Source: a virus (lineage: Duplodnaviria; Caudoviricetes). From it: a stretch of DNA of 61,231 nucleotides. The translations under genes and the position numbers were made by a program. Under the pieces are notes generated by a model that saw only the letters and a list, made by a program, of their open reading frames with translations, was not told the origin of the DNA and searched no databases. Positions 1-7,240 of the stretch are shown in pieces; position 1 is the stretch's first letter; every line of letters begins with the position of its first letter. The stretch lies in the IMG/VR virus record IMGVR_UViG_3300043420_000933, positions 1-61,231 of that record; one strand, written 5' to 3'.

Positions 1-489
1 ATATGCTTTCATTTCTCCCTTTTTACCATAACCACCTCTCTTGGTAGGAAACTTACCAGTACCAATTCTAGATCCTTCCTTATCACGTATTGTTTTGATG
101 AGAGCAGATGCACGGGGATCATTGCGGTCATATTTACTAAGAATATCTTCAGCTCGTTTTCTTCTTTCCCCAGTCAATTCCTCAACAATATCATCTCTCC
201 ATTCTTCACTCATATTCACCATAATTGCTTCTGCTGCTTCTGGTGTTTCGGCATAACCTCCATCAAGTAAGTGTGAGAGGATGGTGTCGTAAATATTTTT
301 TTGCTCATCATAGTAAAAAGGTTTTTTCTTTTTAGTAATTGGCTTTTTATTGGCATTCTTTTTTTGTGCTCTTCCATAAAAATCTCCTCTGTTTGTTTGT
401 GCCCTATCATAAGGACCATTAACAGCTCCTTCTCCCATAACAACTTCCATATATGCTTCTTGAAGGTTGCGTAGTTCTTTTGAGTCCAT
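1..489 (-). CDS. Cyanophage hypothetical protein, probable internal head protein (runs off window start)
   Basis: Not in ORF track; read manually from ATG 489: MDSKELRNLQEAYMEVV...YDTILSHLLDGGYAETPEAAEAIMVNMSEEWRDDIVEE, open to base 1; late-type CTAAATA at 508-514. Confidence 0.75.
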   Translation of the reverse strand, partial: MDSKELRNLQEAYMEVVMGEGAVNGPYDRAQTNRGDFYGRAQKKNANKKPITKKKKPFYYDEQKNIYDTILSHLLDGGYAETPEAAEAIMVNMSEEWRDDIVEELTGERRKRAEDILSKYDRNDPRASALIKTIRDKEGSRIGTGKFPTKRGGYGKKGEMKAY

Positions 490-510
490 TTTTTTATACT
501 TTTTAGTTAT

Positions 511-819
511 TTAGGAAATCTCACCCAGTGCCCGTTGTTTTCTTAATTTCTTAGGATTTTTGGTTCTTGTTGATGGATTGTCTTCATTAGGATAAGAAGA
601 CATTCTATGAGAAGGATAGAGACGTTTATCTCTTCTTGCACTTTCACGACCTGGATAATCAATATCAGTTGGTGATTCTCTTTCTTTTATTCTATCAATT
701 AGAGTTTTATAAACACTAACCTTCTCTGGATTGTCTCTGTGTTTTGCAATCAGGTGTGCTGCCCTAAGTTTAAGTTGTTTAGTTGTTGATTCTTCCAGGA
801 ACTGTGTAAATGTTTTCAT
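511..819 (-). CDS. Basic protein with capsid-targeting-like N-terminus (putative internal head protein)
   Basis: Begins MKTFTQFLEES; K/R-rich. Confidence 0.7.
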   Translation of the reverse strand: MKTFTQFLEESTTKQLKLRAAHLIAKHRDNPEKVSVYKTLIDRIKERESPTDIDYPGRESARRDKRLYPSHRMSSYPNEDNPSTRTKNPKKLRKQRALGEIS

Positions 820-872
820 TAGTCTACCTTCCCTGTCATAAGTCCTGTTATGAACTCTTGATAGGTTTTCAT
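819..872 (-). CDS. 17-aa mini-ORF MKTYQEFITGLMTGKVD (targeting tag without cargo; possibly a remnant)
   Basis: Manual translation; ATGA overlap with the upstream stop and TAATG overlap with the downstream start. Confidence 0.55.
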   Translation of the reverse strand: MKTYQEFITGLMTGKVD

Positions 873-1249
873 TTTTTCTTCTTGGGTGTGCGAATCATTG
901 TATCTGCACCTGCAATTCTATCTGAAGGTGTGCGGTCCCGATAACCTAGATTTCGATACATTTTGGGTAGTTTTTCTTCATATCCTGGTTTTGCAACTGG
1001 AGTCAAAGAAACATTTTTACCAATCTTATCTGCATATCTATGAAGTGCGTCAAATGTTCTTCTTCCAATACCTTCGTTTCTTCGCTTCTCTGGAACCTCA
1101 ATGTTATCTACACGAATATCACCAGAACTTGTAGTATGAACGACATACTTCATTCCTGGTGTTCTTCTTTGTGTGTTTCTTTGAATTGTCTCTAAAGCAT
1201 CAGGTTTTGGTGCCTTTGCTTCTTCCAGGAACTCTCTAAAGGTTTTCAT
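869..1249 (-). CDS. Putative GNAT acetyltransferase with capsid-targeting-like N-terminus
   Basis: MKTFREFLEEA start; IEVPEKRRNEGIGRRTF resembles GNAT motif A (R/QxxGxG); MYRNLGY resembles the C-terminal YxxxGF motif. Confidence 0.65.
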   Translation of the reverse strand: MKTFREFLEEAKAPKPDALETIQRNTQRRTPGMKYVVHTTSSGDIRVDNIEVPEKRRNEGIGRRTFDALHRYADKIGKNVSLTPVAKPGYEEKLPKMYRNLGYRDRTPSDRIAGADTMIRTPKKKK

Positions 1250-1713
1250 CAATAACCACCATCAGTTGAACGTGCCCTTTGTGCTCTTCTCAATTCAACT
1301 TTTTTTACTGGAGATGGACCTGCACTAAAATCTCTTTCTCCTCTATCTCTCTTTTCCTTATCAATCTTTTGCTGTTCTATTTTACCAACACCTCTCTTTC
1401 TTCCAGGTGCTGCTGCTCCACTTCCACCACCACCTTGTGCGTGTCTAGCAGCACCAGGCATACGAGTACCATAAGGTTGAGTTTCCGGATCAATCATTCC
1501 CTGCTTCATTCTACCAGTTGATGCTCTAGGGGATAGTCCTTTTTTTTCAGACTTCTTAACTTTCCACTTTGTTTCACTGCCTTCAGGTTGTCTCTCTACT
1601 CTAGCAGATTTCACTATTAAATGAAGAGGAGTTTTCTTTTCTCCCTTAACTTTATCTTCTTTACGCATTTCAACGAGATATGCTTCTTCCAGGAATTCCT
1701 TAAAAGTTTTCAT
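1249..1713 (-). CDS. Basic protein with capsid-targeting-like N-terminus (putative internal head protein)
   Basis: Begins MKTFKEFLEEAYLVE; late-type AATAAATA at 1733-1740. Confidence 0.7.
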   Translation of the reverse strand: MKTFKEFLEEAYLVEMRKEDKVKGEKKTPLHLIVKSARVERQPEGSETKWKVKKSEKKGLSPRASTGRMKQGMIDPETQPYGTRMPGAARHAQGGGGSGAAAPGRKRGVGKIEQQKIDKEKRDRGERDFSAGPSPVKKVELRRAQRARSTDGGY

Positions 1714-1739
1714 CTTTTTATGACTTTTCTTTTATTTAT

Positions 1740-2576
1740 TCAATCTTCACCTCTTCTAGTCTTTCTTCTTTCTTTATTCACAAGAGTAGTAAATGCTCTC
1801 ATAGGACTAATAGCATTACTAATGTCTTTTAATTTTTCACGATTGCCTCTTTCAAATGCGTGAAACTTACCGTGATGAAATCCTGGTTGTTGTGGTTTGA
1901 ACTTTGATACTGGACCTTTATTTGCAACAACTAAGTTTCTTGGGTCATTGCCGTGATACCTCTTCTCTTGTTCTTGCTTCTTCTTATATCTCAACACATC
2001 ACCAGGAGACATATCTTTCATTTCTTTACCAGAAGTTTCTATCTCAGTTGCGTGGTGAAGTTCTGCTCCACGTCTTCTTACTAATCGACGCTTACGTTCA
2101 ACTTTTGCTTTTTCCCTTGGTGTTAGTTGCCCCGTTGCTTGTTTAATTCTTTCTTCTCTTCTTTGCTTTTCTTTTTCTCTAGATTGAATTGAAGCAATTC
2201 CATATCTCGGACTTTCTTTTGTTCCTCTATTTTTAATAAAAGTTCCATCCGGTAGTTTCCCTCCATGATGTTGTATCAACTCATCTTTAGTCGAAAAATG
2301 TTCCTGCCTCCCCTCATCAATTAAATATGCTTCATAAACAAATTCCTCAAAGGTCTTTTTCTTACGATTACGAGCAGGATGAGATACTCTACCGTGGTCT
2401 AGATTTCTTTCTGCCTCACCTCTCTTCTTTCCCCACATTTGCATAAGAGCAGTTCCAGGAGATTCGACGTGTCCTGTTCTTACGAAATCCTTTGGTGATT
2501 GTGCGGCAGATGCTGCCAATGTTGCAAGGAGAAAGGCATTTGCAACTTTCTCCCTCTTTTTTGCTTCGTCAAGCAT
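1740..2576 (-). CDS. Putative internal head polyprotein with C-terminal HNH-like domain
   Basis: MLDEA start, internal KTFEEFVYEAYLIDE, C-terminal ELHH...NDPRNL...HHGKFH. Confidence 0.55.
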   Translation of the reverse strand: MLDEAKKREKVANAFLLATLAASAAQSPKDFVRTGHVESPGTALMQMWGKKRGEAERNLDHGRVSHPARNRKKKTFEEFVYEAYLIDEGRQEHFSTKDELIQHHGGKLPDGTFIKNRGTKESPRYGIASIQSREKEKQRREERIKQATGQLTPREKAKVERKRRLVRRRGAELHHATEIETSGKEMKDMSPGDVLRYKKKQEQEKRYHGNDPRNLVVANKGPVSKFKPQQPGFHHGKFHAFERGNREKLKDISNAISPMRAFTTLVNKERRKTRRGED

Positions 2577-2586
2577 TTAACTACAA

Positions 2587-2617
2587 AAAGACCTCTGATT
2601 ATTTATCAGAGGTCTTT
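2587..2617 (-). terminator. Intrinsic terminator hairpin with a late-promoter-like GATAAATA across the loop
   Basis: 13-bp perfect stem aaagacctctgat/atcagaggtcttt, T-run on minus strand, GATAAATA at 2600-2607. Confidence 0.7.
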
Positions 2618-2618
2618 A

Positions 2619-2783
2619 TCAATCACCTTTACCTTCAAGGGTTCTAACAAAAAGTGCGGTAAAAAGTTCCATCTTTTCAGGATGAACTGCTGCTGGATTC
2701 TGATTGATTACATTTTTAAGTGCAACCAATTCATTCCACTCATCATTGGAAAGTTCAGAGTTAAAGTTTTCCGAATAGGTCAT
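2619..2783 (-). CDS. Small cyanophage hypothetical protein (54 aa)
   Basis: Manual translation MTYSENFNSELSNDEWNELVALKNVINQNPAAVHPEKMELF... Confidence 0.65.
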   Translation of the reverse strand: MTYSENFNSELSNDEWNELVALKNVINQNPAAVHPEKMELFTALFVRTLEGKGD

Positions 2784-2851
2784 AGTAATATCAACTGATG
2801 AGCATATCCTAACATACTATCTAGACAATCACTGGTTTCTTAATGTTGTCT

Positions 2852-3211
2852 TCAGGTTTCTGTGAAGTTTTGCAACGTTTCAATATCCTTTTTAAGTTCC
2901 TCTTCTTGCTTTTTATCGTGATAATAAGACCAAAGAGCATTATGCGCATCCATTAAATAATTTACCCAGAAACCAGCAGGATAGATTCCAAGTGCATCTT
3001 GGAGACCACGATGACTACAACCTTCTTGTTCTGCTTTACACATAATGTACGTGATTGCTTCGACCATATCCATCTTATCTTCTTCAGAAAGCATAAAATA
3101 CTTTCCTACTGCACGTTCTTGTGCCTCTTTATTTGCCTTTTGAAGTGCTTTACAAGCATCAGAGTCCCACCACTCTTGCATTGCTTTACCAAATTCGTTA
3201 GGTTCTGTCAT
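2852..3211 (-). CDS. Hypothetical protein
   Basis: 119-aa ORF in a tightly packed minus-strand operon. Confidence 0.7.
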   Translation of the reverse strand: MTEPNEFGKAMQEWWDSDACKALQKANKEAQERAVGKYFMLSEEDKMDMVEAITYIMCKAEQEGCSHRGLQDALGIYPAGFWVNYLMDAHNALWSYYHDKKQEEELKKDIETLQNFTET

Positions 3212-3471
3212 TTCTTATAAGACTCCAAAATCATCATTATATCTAATGCACAATCAGGTGGTAGATCTCCCTCATAATCACCATTTGTTGAAAAACGAAA
3301 AGAATATACAGTCTTTTCATCATTCCAATAAGAATTGTCTCTCCAATAAGTATTTTGGTCTTCTTGAGGAACAAACATTCCCTGATCTACACCCTCATAT
3401 TTTGAGAGAGTAATTGCATCAATCTTTTTTTGAATCTCAAAAATTTTATCAAATAAATTAGTTTTCATTTC
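3208..3471 (-). CDS. Hypothetical protein
   Basis: ORF track 3208..3495; likely start MKTNLF. Confidence 0.55.
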   Translation of the reverse strand, partial: EMKTNLFDKIFEIQKKIDAITLSKYEGVDQGMFVPQEDQNTYWRDNSYWNDEKTVYSFRFSTNGDYEGDLPPDCALDIMMILESYKK

Positions 3472-3694
3472 ATTCCTTGTTAAAAAATGTACCAAAAAAT
3501 CCCGAATCCCCTGGTCTGCGAGTTTCTAATTTATCAAGCAAAGAATCAGTTACCTGAAGAGATTCAATACGACTAATCATATCGGCAATTACTGCACATA
3601 CCATTGGTCTTTCATTTTTTGCTGCCCAGTGTAAAGCATTTCTTAGGCATCCTTCTGCTTCTTTTAGATTTTCCTCAACTTGATTTGTCAGCAT
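3470..3694 (-). CDS. Cyanophage hypothetical protein
   Basis: MLTNQVEENLKEAEGCLRNALHWAAKNERP; operon packing. Confidence 0.65.
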   Translation of the reverse strand: MLTNQVEENLKEAEGCLRNALHWAAKNERPMVCAVIADMISRIESLQVTDSLLDKLETRRPGDSGFFGTFFNKE

Positions 3695-3695
3695 T

Positions 3696-4295
3696 TCAAC
3701 ATTCCTCCATTCCAATTGGTTGAGTTACTTTTTTCATAAGATAAGATCCTCCCCCATTATCAATCCATTCTACTTGGTCTCCTTCCTTCAGATTTGCTGC
3801 TTCTAGAAGGTCATCAGGAAGATTTACAATCACATCACCAGTCAAACCATCAACCTCAGTAAGAAGCACCCATTTTTTGACTTTATCATAATTTGCATCA
3901 AGTTTTGCTCTCTTATCATAATACTCTGCTTCACGCAGATTATACTCACGAAACTTTTCTTTTTCTTGGTCCGATGCTGCCTTATCACACATTGCATTCA
4001 GTTCTTCTTCAGTATATTGGGAACGTTCTTCTTCCCAGAAAGAAGTCCAAGACTTTTTACACTCTTCTGATGGGTCATCCTTATCACAACTCAGATGACC
4101 TTTACCATTACCATTCAACAGAGAAAGTAATTCATAAAAACGACCTGTATGATGTTTGAAGTAGTGATACTCTTCTTCTACAACTTTTTTAATGACATCA
4201 TAGATTTCTTGTGGAGTTGCTTCTGAGGAAAGCAGAGCATCACTCATCCACTTCTCCAGATTTTCAAGAGAATACTTCTTGTAGTCAAAGTCCAT
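3696..4295 (-). CDS. Hypothetical protein with C-terminal AbrB/SpoVT-like DNA-binding domain
   Basis: C-terminal VIVNLPDDLLEAANLKEGDQVEWIDNGGGSYLMKKV fits the AbrB/MazE swapped-hairpin pattern. Confidence 0.6.
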   Translation of the reverse strand: MDFDYKKYSLENLEKWMSDALLSSEATPQEIYDVIKKVVEEEYHYFKHHTGRFYELLSLLNGNGKGHLSCDKDDPSEECKKSWTSFWEEERSQYTEEELNAMCDKAASDQEKEKFREYNLREAEYYDKRAKLDANYDKVKKWVLLTEVDGLTGDVIVNLPDDLLEAANLKEGDQVEWIDNGGGSYLMKKVTQPIGMEEC

Positions 4296-4467
4296 CGGTA
4301 AAGTCCTTGATTGCTTTCTGTATTATAGCACTGACCTCAGCACCCGTCAAGTCGTTAAGAAACGACCATTTTGGGTCTTGGGGATCCCATGTTGCCGTGA
4401 AAGACCCATCCTCATTCTTGGAGAATCTTAGAGAATCATTCTCTGGGTTTGGGTTGATTACAGACAT
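4285..4467 (-). CDS. Hypothetical protein
   Basis: 60-aa ORF overlapping its neighbours. Confidence 0.65.
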   Translation of the reverse strand: MSVINPNPENDSLRFSKNEDGSFTATWDPQDPKWSFLNDLTGAEVSAIIQKAIKDFTDGL

Positions 4468-4570
4468 TACAATAAAAACTAAACTTTTCTTTGAAGTATT
4501 TTACAGGTTGATAGTGCTCGGAGTCAAGTGGTTTTTCCTCTTCACACTTACTACAAATCCTTGTCTTTTT
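4436..4570 (-). CDS. Small zinc-finger-like protein (start uncertain)
   Basis: CSKC...CNVC motif in ORF 4436..4639. Confidence 0.4.
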   Translation of the reverse strand, partial: KKTRICSKCEEEKPLDSEHYQPVKYFKEKFSFYCNVCNQPKPRE

Positions 4571-4730
4571 TACTAGACTTTCGGAGTTTTTTAAGTTCCT
4601 TGAGTTCCATTTTAATATTCTTGTAAGCAGTATCCGCATCTATCTTACCTCCCATCTCAAGGGCAATAATAATCTCTACTCTTGTACCAAAATGCGCTAG
4701 TGCTCTTTCAAAAGAATCTAATTCATACAT
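4551..4730 (-). CDS. Cyanophage hypothetical protein
   Basis: MYELDSFERALAHFGTRVEIIIALEMGGKID. Confidence 0.65.
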   Translation of the reverse strand: MYELDSFERALAHFGTRVEIIIALEMGGKIDADTAYKNIKMELKELKKLRKSSKKDKDL

Positions 4731-4935
4731 CGTAGTTAATTCCACAACGCTCAGCAATGATATCTATACGACGATCAACCGCCTCAATAGAATTCATTAT
4801 TTCATAGAGTAAATTGCTTGTTTCTACATTCTCTTCTTCCAGTCTTTGAACTTTTGCTTCCAACTCATAAAGTCTCTTATAGACATCATCAATCGGTACA
4901 TCTTCTTCAAAAAACCATTTGCTAAACAAATTCAT
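4723..4935 (-). CDS. Hypothetical coiled-coil protein
   Basis: 70-aa ORF with heptad pattern. Confidence 0.65.
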   Translation of the reverse strand: MNLFSKWFFEEDVPIDDVYKRLYELEAKVQRLEEENVETSNLLYEIMNSIEAVDRRIDIIAERCGINYDV

Positions 4936-5069
4936 ACGATTCCAACCGATTTTAGATACCTTTGATATGCCATAAAGCGTTGTAAAGATGGAGTGACACC
5001 AAGACTTTCACAACACCTAATATAGGAAACAAATTCCCACCAGGGTGCTGTTGGGTCAGTGTCACTCAC
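4932..5069 (-). CDS. Small cyanophage hypothetical protein (45 aa)
   Basis: Manual translation from GTG: MSDTDPTAPWWEFVSYIRCCESLGVTPSLQRF...; 4-bp overlaps at both ends. Confidence 0.6.
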   Translation of the reverse strand: MSDTDPTAPWWEFVSYIRCCESLGVTPSLQRFMAYQRYLKSVGIV

Positions 5070-5272
5070 AATTTGCCTCCCACGGTCCCTTCATGAGTTT
5101 TGGTCTCAGGGAAACCTTCCTGCCGTCCTTTAAGATAAAAACGGGTTGCTGATATACATTGCTCTTCAGTGAGAGATGTGATAAGTCCATTTCCGTCTTT
5201 ATCGGTTGAATACCAGAGTCCATATTTCTTTTCTTGAACGTAAAAACAATCATCGTATAACTTGGGTTCCAT
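5066..5272 (-). CDS. Cyanophage hypothetical protein
   Basis: MEPKLYDDCFYV...EGTVGGKL. Confidence 0.65.
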   Translation of the reverse strand: MEPKLYDDCFYVQEKKYGLWYSTDKDGNGLITSLTEEQCISATRFYLKGRQEGFPETKTHEGTVGGKL

Positions 5273-5455
5273 AATTAGGTTCTTCAATTTGAATTAATAC
5301 TTTTGCCTCTTTGTTCCAATGTCGAATTACACCAGCAACAATAAAGCAATTTGTGATTAGATAGGTCACAAAAATAATTGTTCTGATAATTGCAATTCTA
5401 TCAGATTCTTTATCGCATTTAGATGCTTTTTCCCCAAGTGCCTTTGCCCACCACA
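5250..5455 (-). CDS. Small membrane protein
   Basis: WWAKALGEKA...hydrophobic segment IIFVTYLITNCFIVAGVIRHW; start uncertain. Confidence 0.6.
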
Positions 5456-5473
5456 TCCAGGCATTTTTTTTCT

Positions 5474-5725
5474 TCACGATTTTTGTGGTTTCACAAAGAT
5501 TTGATAGTCTGTCTTCTTGAATTTGCATCTATCAATATACTTTTGTGCGTGACTTTCATTTTGAAAATAACAAGTCTTCGTATCCTGTAATTCTTTTCCG
5601 TCTTTATGAATAATTTTTACGGGAAACTGAGTATGGGGAAAATGAGTTTTATCACTCTTACTAATTTTAACTGCTGTATTCTTTTTCTTTGGAGCAGATT
5701 TTTTTGGTTTCTTCTCTTCAGTCAT
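5474..5725 (-). CDS. Hypothetical protein
   Basis: 83-aa ORF with KTCYFQNESHAQKYIDR motif. Confidence 0.65.
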   Translation of the reverse strand: MTEEKKPKKSAPKKKNTAVKISKSDKTHFPHTQFPVKIIHKDGKELQDTKTCYFQNESHAQKYIDRCKFKKTDYQIFVKPQKS

Positions 5726-5958
5726 TTTTTTTCTTCAAATTCCTTCATAAGTTCCTTTGCCATTTTCATTGAACGTCTATAAATTAGAAAACGAACAATG
5801 GGATTGTCTGGAGAATTTCTAATCCACCAAACAATCTTTTCGTAATCAAAACGAATCAACCTCATCACATAGTTAAATGCCATTGCAATGCTATTATCCG
5901 TTATAATCAAATAAGCAACTATAACGAATAAAATAAACCAAATGTAATAGTAGTTCAT
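5722..5958 (-). CDS. Hypothetical membrane protein
   Basis: N-terminal hydrophobic helix. Confidence 0.65.
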   Translation of the reverse strand: MNYYYIWFILFVIVAYLIITDNSIAMAFNYVMRLIRFDYEKIVWWIRNSPDNPIVRFLIYRRSMKMAKELMKEFEEKK

Positions 5959-5982
5959 TTATGTAATGTGGTAGATTTTATT

Positions 5983-6228
5983 TTAATCCCAATCGTTAGG
6001 AAGAACTTCCCAATCAAGACCTAAACTATTTAAGTAATTTAATAGTTGTTCTTCATTTTCTGGAAGTTGTTCATCCTCATCAAGACAAAAAGAAGATTCA
6101 CATAATGCTGGACCATACTCTGCTGGTTCATAATATGTTTGGGAACGAGTTTGAATGACATCTTCTACAACTGCTCTCACAAAAACCAAATCATTTTCTT
6201 GTCTCAATTCATCAATTGATAAAATCAT
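5983..6228 (-). CDS. Cyanophage hypothetical protein
   Basis: Acidic; QTYYEPAEYGPALC motif. Confidence 0.65.
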   Translation of the reverse strand: MILSIDELRQENDLVFVRAVVEDVIQTRSQTYYEPAEYGPALCESSFCLDEDEQLPENEEQLLNYLNSLGLDWEVLPNDWD

Positions 6229-6413
6229 TTTCTTTTTCTGGTTTCCTTTTGAATAAACTTTTTAGCAGTTTCTAAACTATGATGAACACAAATTTGTTCC
6301 CCATTGTAAATGGAAATATATTTTCCCTTACCCCAAGGAACTGCAGCCCACATTCTATTTGGACTAATGTATCCACCAATTCCACTCTCTTCTGTTTTAT
6401 CGGGAGTAGTCAT
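6225..6413 (-). CDS. Hypothetical protein
   Basis: GYISPNRMWAAVPWG. Confidence 0.6.
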   Translation of the reverse strand: MTTPDKTEESGIGGYISPNRMWAAVPWGKGKYISIYNGEQICVHHSLETAKKFIQKETRKRK

Positions 6414-6537
6414 CAAAATCAACGTCAGGATGTAAAAATTCTAGATAGTCCTCAAAATCTACTCCAAGATAAGTAGCAAATTCTTTCAGGTCTTCTATGT
6501 GTTCTTTTTTAATTGTTTCTTCTATGTTTTGAACCAT
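6397..6537 (-). CDS. Small acidic hypothetical protein (46 aa)
   Basis: Manual translation MVQNIEETIKKEHIEDLKEFATYLGVDFEDY...; GGAGG SD upstream. Confidence 0.6.
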   Translation of the reverse strand: MVQNIEETIKKEHIEDLKEFATYLGVDFEDYLEFLHPDVDFDDYSR

Positions 6538-6548
6538 AAGACCTCCAA

Positions 6549-6677
6549 TCAACCATACTTAGAAATCATTTGATCCATTCTATCTTCTCTATATTCTTCT
6601 TCTTGATTGTCTTCAGTTGTGTCTTGAAATTCATCGTAAATTGTGTCCGAATCTTTTTCTAGAAAAATTGAAGTCAT
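6549..6677 (-). CDS. Small acidic hypothetical protein (42 aa)
   Basis: Manual translation MTSIFLEKDSDTIYDEFQD... Confidence 0.55.
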   Translation of the reverse strand: MTSIFLEKDSDTIYDEFQDTTEDNQEEEYREDRMDQMISKYG

Positions 6678-6798
6678 TTGTAGAAGTGTGTAGGAAGGGT
6701 CGTTTGTATATAGTCAGGAAGGGGGGATTACCCCACCTCCTCTGTGTCGGGTTGCTTAAATTCAACATTCTTTAATTTTAAATTATTATCAAAAAATG

Positions 6799-7188
6799 TC
6801 AAGGAATTAAATTTTTCATTTTGGATGGATTTTTTATTTGTTCTTCGGTAAGTCTTATCCTTTCTTCAATAGGAAGAGAAATAAAAACTTGCCAAGATGC
6901 TCTCCGTTCTGCAGCACTTTTTTCTCTATGACATTTTTTACATAAAAGTTGGATGTTATCAATTGTTTCCTCAATTTTTACATTTGAATACCACCAATTG
7001 TTTGCAACTCCCCTTTGTTTATATTTCAAATTATGGTCAATGTGGTCAAATTCTAAATCTTCAGTTTTTCCACAAAATGAACATTTGTTTCCTAACCTTT
7101 CTTTGACCTTTTGTTTTCTTTTTACTATGTCTTTTTTTCTCCATTCATTTTGGTATTTTTTGAAATCTTCTTTATTTTTATATGGCAT
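6799..7188 (-). mobile_element. Free-standing HNH homing endonuclease
   Basis: CSFC...LEFDHID...NIQLLCKKCHREK. Confidence 0.85.
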
Positions 7189-7238
7189 ATTCTATTAGGG
7201 ATACCTTTTATTATTTATATGGGTATCCCTCATAGAAT
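7189..7238 (-). promoter_or_regulatory. Hairpin abutting the HNH start with TATAAATA late promoter in the loop
   Basis: attcta-tt-agggatacc / ggtatccct-ca-tagaat; TATAAATA at 7212-7219. Confidence 0.75.
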
Positions 7239-7240
7239 TA

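Noticed and set aside
216-443. ORF-track protein MLWEKE...
   Set aside because: Alternative frame; the convincing gene is 1..489 on the same strand
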